NCBI GenBank assembly: GCA_035577785.1
Contig: DATLUZ010000297.1
Location: forward strand, 7,802-71,801
DNA: 64,000 bases
Origin: Burkholderiales bacterium
Lineage (GTDB): Bacteria; Pseudomonadota; Gammaproteobacteria; Burkholderiales; SG8-39
Reading direction: 5' to 3'
The notes beneath the pieces were generated by a model. The model saw only the letters and a list, made by a program, of their open reading frames with translations. It did not search any database and was not told where the DNA came from. The translations under genes were made by a program, and so were the position numbers. This document shows positions 61,507 through 64,000 of the stretch, piece by piece (position 1 is the stretch's first letter; every line of letters begins with the position of its first letter).

Positions 61507-62129
61507 ACGCGATACGCGATGCGCGTCATGAGCCCGGAGGCAAAGCGCATCGCGAGCTTCACCGGCGCGGGCAGCGCGGCCGCGCCCAGGCGCACCGCGG
61601 TGTCGCGATGGCGCGCTTCGTCCGCCCGCATCGCCTCGACGAGCGTGCGAGTGCGCTCATCCTTCTCGGGAAGGCGCTCGAGGTGCCCCGAGAGGTGCTC
61701 TTCGACCTGGCGCTCGGTTTCGGCGAGAAAACCCAGGTTCCACCGGTCGCCAAGCACGCCGGCAACCGTGCCAATGGTGAACGCGCCGGCGTACCACACG
61801 GGATTCAGCCAGCTCGTGCGGCCTCCGAGTTCGTCCACCCGCTGCGCGCTCCAGGCCAGGTGGTCCTCCTCCTCCCGCGCGGCGCGCTCGAGCGCCCGGC
61901 GCGCGTGCGGATCGCGTGCGGTCAGCGCCTGCCCCTGATAGAGCGCCTGGGCGCACACTTCGCCAACGTGGTTAACGCGCATGAGCGCCGCGGCGTGCCT
62001 GCGGTCGTGCTCGCTCAGCTCGGCCTCGGGCAGCGCGGCGGCGGGCGAAAGCCGGCTCGGTTCCGCAACGCTGCTGACGGTGCGCAGCGCCCGATCGAAT
62101 TCGGCGATCAGCCGGTCGATGTTGATCAC
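61503..62129 (-). CDS. coq7: Demethoxyubiquinone hydroxylase Coq7
   Basis: 208 aa with a GTG start and di-iron ExxH motifs (EEEDHL, DEARH). Confidence 0.9.
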   Translation of the reverse strand: MINIDRLIAEFDRALRTVSSVAEPSRLSPAAALPEAELSEHDRRHAAALMRVNHVGEVCAQALYQGQALTARDPHARRALERAAREEEDHLAWSAQRVDELGGRTSWLNPVWYAGAFTIGTVAGVLGDRWNLGFLAETERQVEEHLSGHLERLPEKDERTRTLVEAMRADEARHRDTAVRLGAAALPAPVKLAMRFASGLMTRIAYRV

Positions 62130-62147
62130 GCGCTAGATTAGCACTTC

Positions 62148-62178
62148 AAAAAAAACGGGCGCCTCGCGGCGCCCGTTT
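62148..62178 (-). terminator. Rho-independent terminator of the porin gene
   Basis: Minus strand reads AAACGGGCGCC-gcga-GGCGCCCGUUU followed by five more U. Confidence 0.75.
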
Positions 62179-62202
62179 GGACGACTTGCCGAACCTTGCA
62201 GC

Positions 62203-63372
62203 TTAGAAGTTGTGCATCACGCCGAGCGCGATGATGCGTGGATCCGCGCCGCGGTTGCCGACAGACGTACTGTTGATCGAACTCGATCCGCCGTTGGAGA
62301 AGTCGTACCAGGCATTATCCTTGTTCTTGATCTGGTTGAACGACAGGTACACGCCGGTACGCTTCGAGAGGAAGTACTTCGCCGCAACGGTGTAGACCGC
62401 GGCGTCGGTGTTGCCCGGATCGACTGTCAGATCCTTGATCTTGCCCCAGTGGCCGTACTGGGCGATGAACTGCCACTGGCCCAGCATGTGTTCCCAGTTC
62501 AGGATCCACATATCGACGTTGGGGCTGGCACCGACAGCGGCGAACGTCGTGCCGCCGAAAGTGACCGCTGTCGCGATGCCCTTGTTCTTGACGTTGCCGA
62601 CGATCGCCGAGACCTGCGACCCGGGCGCGTACGACCAGCCGAGGCCGACTTTCCAGGCCTCGCGGTCCTGACCGCTGATGTTGCTCAGGTCCTTCCTCTT
62701 GCCGAAGTCGGCCTGTGCGCGGATCGGACCGCCGCTGTAGCGGCCGGTGATGACGTACAGCTGCTCCTTGCCTTGCCCGGTTCCGGTGTAGGCACCGCCT
62801 TCGCTCGAGCCAGGGCCCCAGCTCAGCGAGGCGTTGAAGCCACCGAACGTCGGGGTGTTGTACGAAGCGACGTTCGACTCGCGGCCGCTTGGCGACGCGA
62901 GAGCGCCGCCCATGCTCCACATGCTGTCCGCCGCCTGGTTGATGTAGTTCGAGCCGGCCTGCATGATGATGCCGTTGCTGTAGAACGGCGACTGGCGGCC
63001 GAAGCGCACATCGCCCCAATCCCCGCCGATACCCGCGTACGAGTCGCGCGACGCCCAGAAGCCGGTCGAGGCGTTGGGCGAACCGCTCTGGCCGTTGCCG
63101 CTGCCGGAATCGATGTTGACACCGGTCTCCATCACCACGAAGGCGCGCATTCCGCCGCCGAGGCTTTCGTTGACGCGGAAGCCGAGGCGCGAGCCGAAGT
63201 CGAATACGCGCAGGCGGCTCTTGGCATTGCCCGCCGGATCGGTGGCGCCTGTCGCTTGCCACGAGTCGACGCCCACGTTCGCGCGGCCGTAGATCTCGAC
63301 CGTCGACTGGGCCATCGCGGCGGCCGGGGCGAGCGCGCCTGCCACGGCAATCGCTATCAGTTTTTTCTGCAT
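62203..63372 (-). CDS. Outer-membrane general porin (Omp32/OmpC-like)
   Basis: ORF trimmed to ATG 63372, which has GGGAGA 8 nt upstream. The signal peptide is MQKKLIAIAVAGALAPAAAMA. It shows a beta-strand pattern and a C-terminal ...GVMHNF. Confidence 0.9.
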   Translation of the reverse strand: MQKKLIAIAVAGALAPAAAMAQSTVEIYGRANVGVDSWQATGATDPAGNAKSRLRVFDFGSRLGFRVNESLGGGMRAFVVMETGVNIDSGSGNGQSGSPNASTGFWASRDSYAGIGGDWGDVRFGRQSPFYSNGIIMQAGSNYINQAADSMWSMGGALASPSGRESNVASYNTPTFGGFNASLSWGPGSSEGGAYTGTGQGKEQLYVITGRYSGGPIRAQADFGKRKDLSNISGQDREAWKVGLGWSYAPGSQVSAIVGNVKNKGIATAVTFGGTTFAAVGASPNVDMWILNWEHMLGQWQFIAQYGHWGKIKDLTVDPGNTDAAVYTVAAKYFLSKRTGVYLSFNQIKNKDNAWYDFSNGGSSSINSTSVGNRGADPRIIALGVMHNF

Positions 63373-63573
63373 GAATACATCTCCCGTTGTTTGTTTAAGA
63401 ACCGACCGCCGTTGCCGGCGATGCCCCCGAAACGGCGGAAGGCTGCGCACAGTTTGCCAACCCACTGTTTTACGTACCAAAGGTTTCGTCGAAATTCCCC
63501 TGCAAAGCCCCCGGGCCGTTGCATTCGTGCAACAGCGCAGGATTGCACTTCCTAAAAGATAACTAGCGCAAAT

Positions 63574-64000
63574 TCAACTACTTATGTCCAAACGCAGTGT
63601 CTCCAGCGCGACAGACCAAGCGCGCGCGGGGTCCTGACGGTAGAGGCGGAAGCCCCGGAACCACGGACTTTCGCGCCCCGCGTGCATCCAGCGAAATTCA
63701 GGCGGGAAAGGCACCAGAACGCGTGCGGTTTTCCCGAGGCCAGCGCGGATGTGCATGTTGGTATTGCTCACTCCGACGTATTCGTCGGCGAGCTCGAGAA
63801 CCGCAGCGACGTCTTCAAGGTTCTCGTTGAGCGCGGAAAGGTCATGCGCTCGCCGGCCGAGCGCTCTTGAAATAGTTTCCACCTCTCCGGGAAGCGGCAG
63901 GCGCTGCAAGGCGAGAACGCTGCCGCGCCACTCGCGCAGCGCTGCGCCGAGCGGCTCGAGCGGAATTTCCTTGTCGAGTGCGCCTTCTCCGCCGAGCGCG
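63574..64000 (-). CDS. C-terminal part of a second TPR/GT9-like protein (5' end outside window)
   Basis: The frame of ORF 63574..63909 stays open to nt 63999. Its C-terminus (YVGVSNTNMHIRAGLGKTARVLVPFPPEFRWMHAGRESPWF) is a paralogue of the 55133..56698 product. Confidence 0.7.
   Translation of the reverse strand, partial: ALGGEGALDKEIPLEPLGAALREWRGSVLALQRLPLPGEVETISRALGRRAHDLSALNENLEDVAAVLELADEYVGVSNTNMHIRAGLGKTARVLVPFPPEFRWMHAGRESPWFRGFRLYRQDPARAWSVALETLRLDISS

Overview
High-GC (about two-thirds G+C by eye) chromosomal segment, most likely betaproteobacterial. Supporting this: a Bug/TctC-type binding protein, rplM-rpsI-argC-(coiled-coil protein)-bactofilin-erpA synteny, and coq7 next to an Omp32-like porin. 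I support about 62 protein genes, tightly packed on both strands. They are mostly housekeeping or central metabolism: uvrA 3' end, a two-component system, acetoacetyl-CoA synthetase, putA, the 1570-aa NAD-glutamate dehydrogenase plus gltIJKL, metY, ggt, gst, chaC, a TRAP transporter, tyrS, argC, rpsI/rplM, erpA, coq7 and a porin. I found no transposase, integrase, phage, CRISPR, tRNA/rRNA or recognisable defence genes, so this reads as core genome rather than an island, and I cannot point to a clear novel multi-gene system. The observations most worth a second look are listed here. (1) A promoter-to-terminator ~74-nt candidate sRNA, or rplM leader attenuator, carrying two CUCCUCC anti-Shine-Dalgarno motifs (60184-60293, minus strand). 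(2) A 142-bp element bounded by perfect 19-bp inverted repeats that fills the ggt-gst spacer. (3) A Tat-signal FMN alpha-hydroxy-acid dehydrogenase with an inserted CXXCH motif, co-oriented with an orphan Bug binding protein. (4) Four TPR-fused transferases: methyltransferase, GT41 and two GT9-like. (5) Unusual expression architecture: a recurrent TAGAAT -10-like hexamer, about nine genes with leaderless geometry and no SD, divergent genes whose start codons overlap and whose -10 boxes lie in each other's first codons, almost no 3' intergenic space between convergent genes (four share a CTAG stop-stop overlap), and a possible CTG-initiated MFS gene. (6) An unannotated 37-codon membrane peptide beside the two-component system. 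CDS coordinates include the stop codon. All homology calls come from motif recognition by eye, with no searches run. Many long ORFs in the track are antisense or off-frame artefacts of GC-rich DNA and were discarded.
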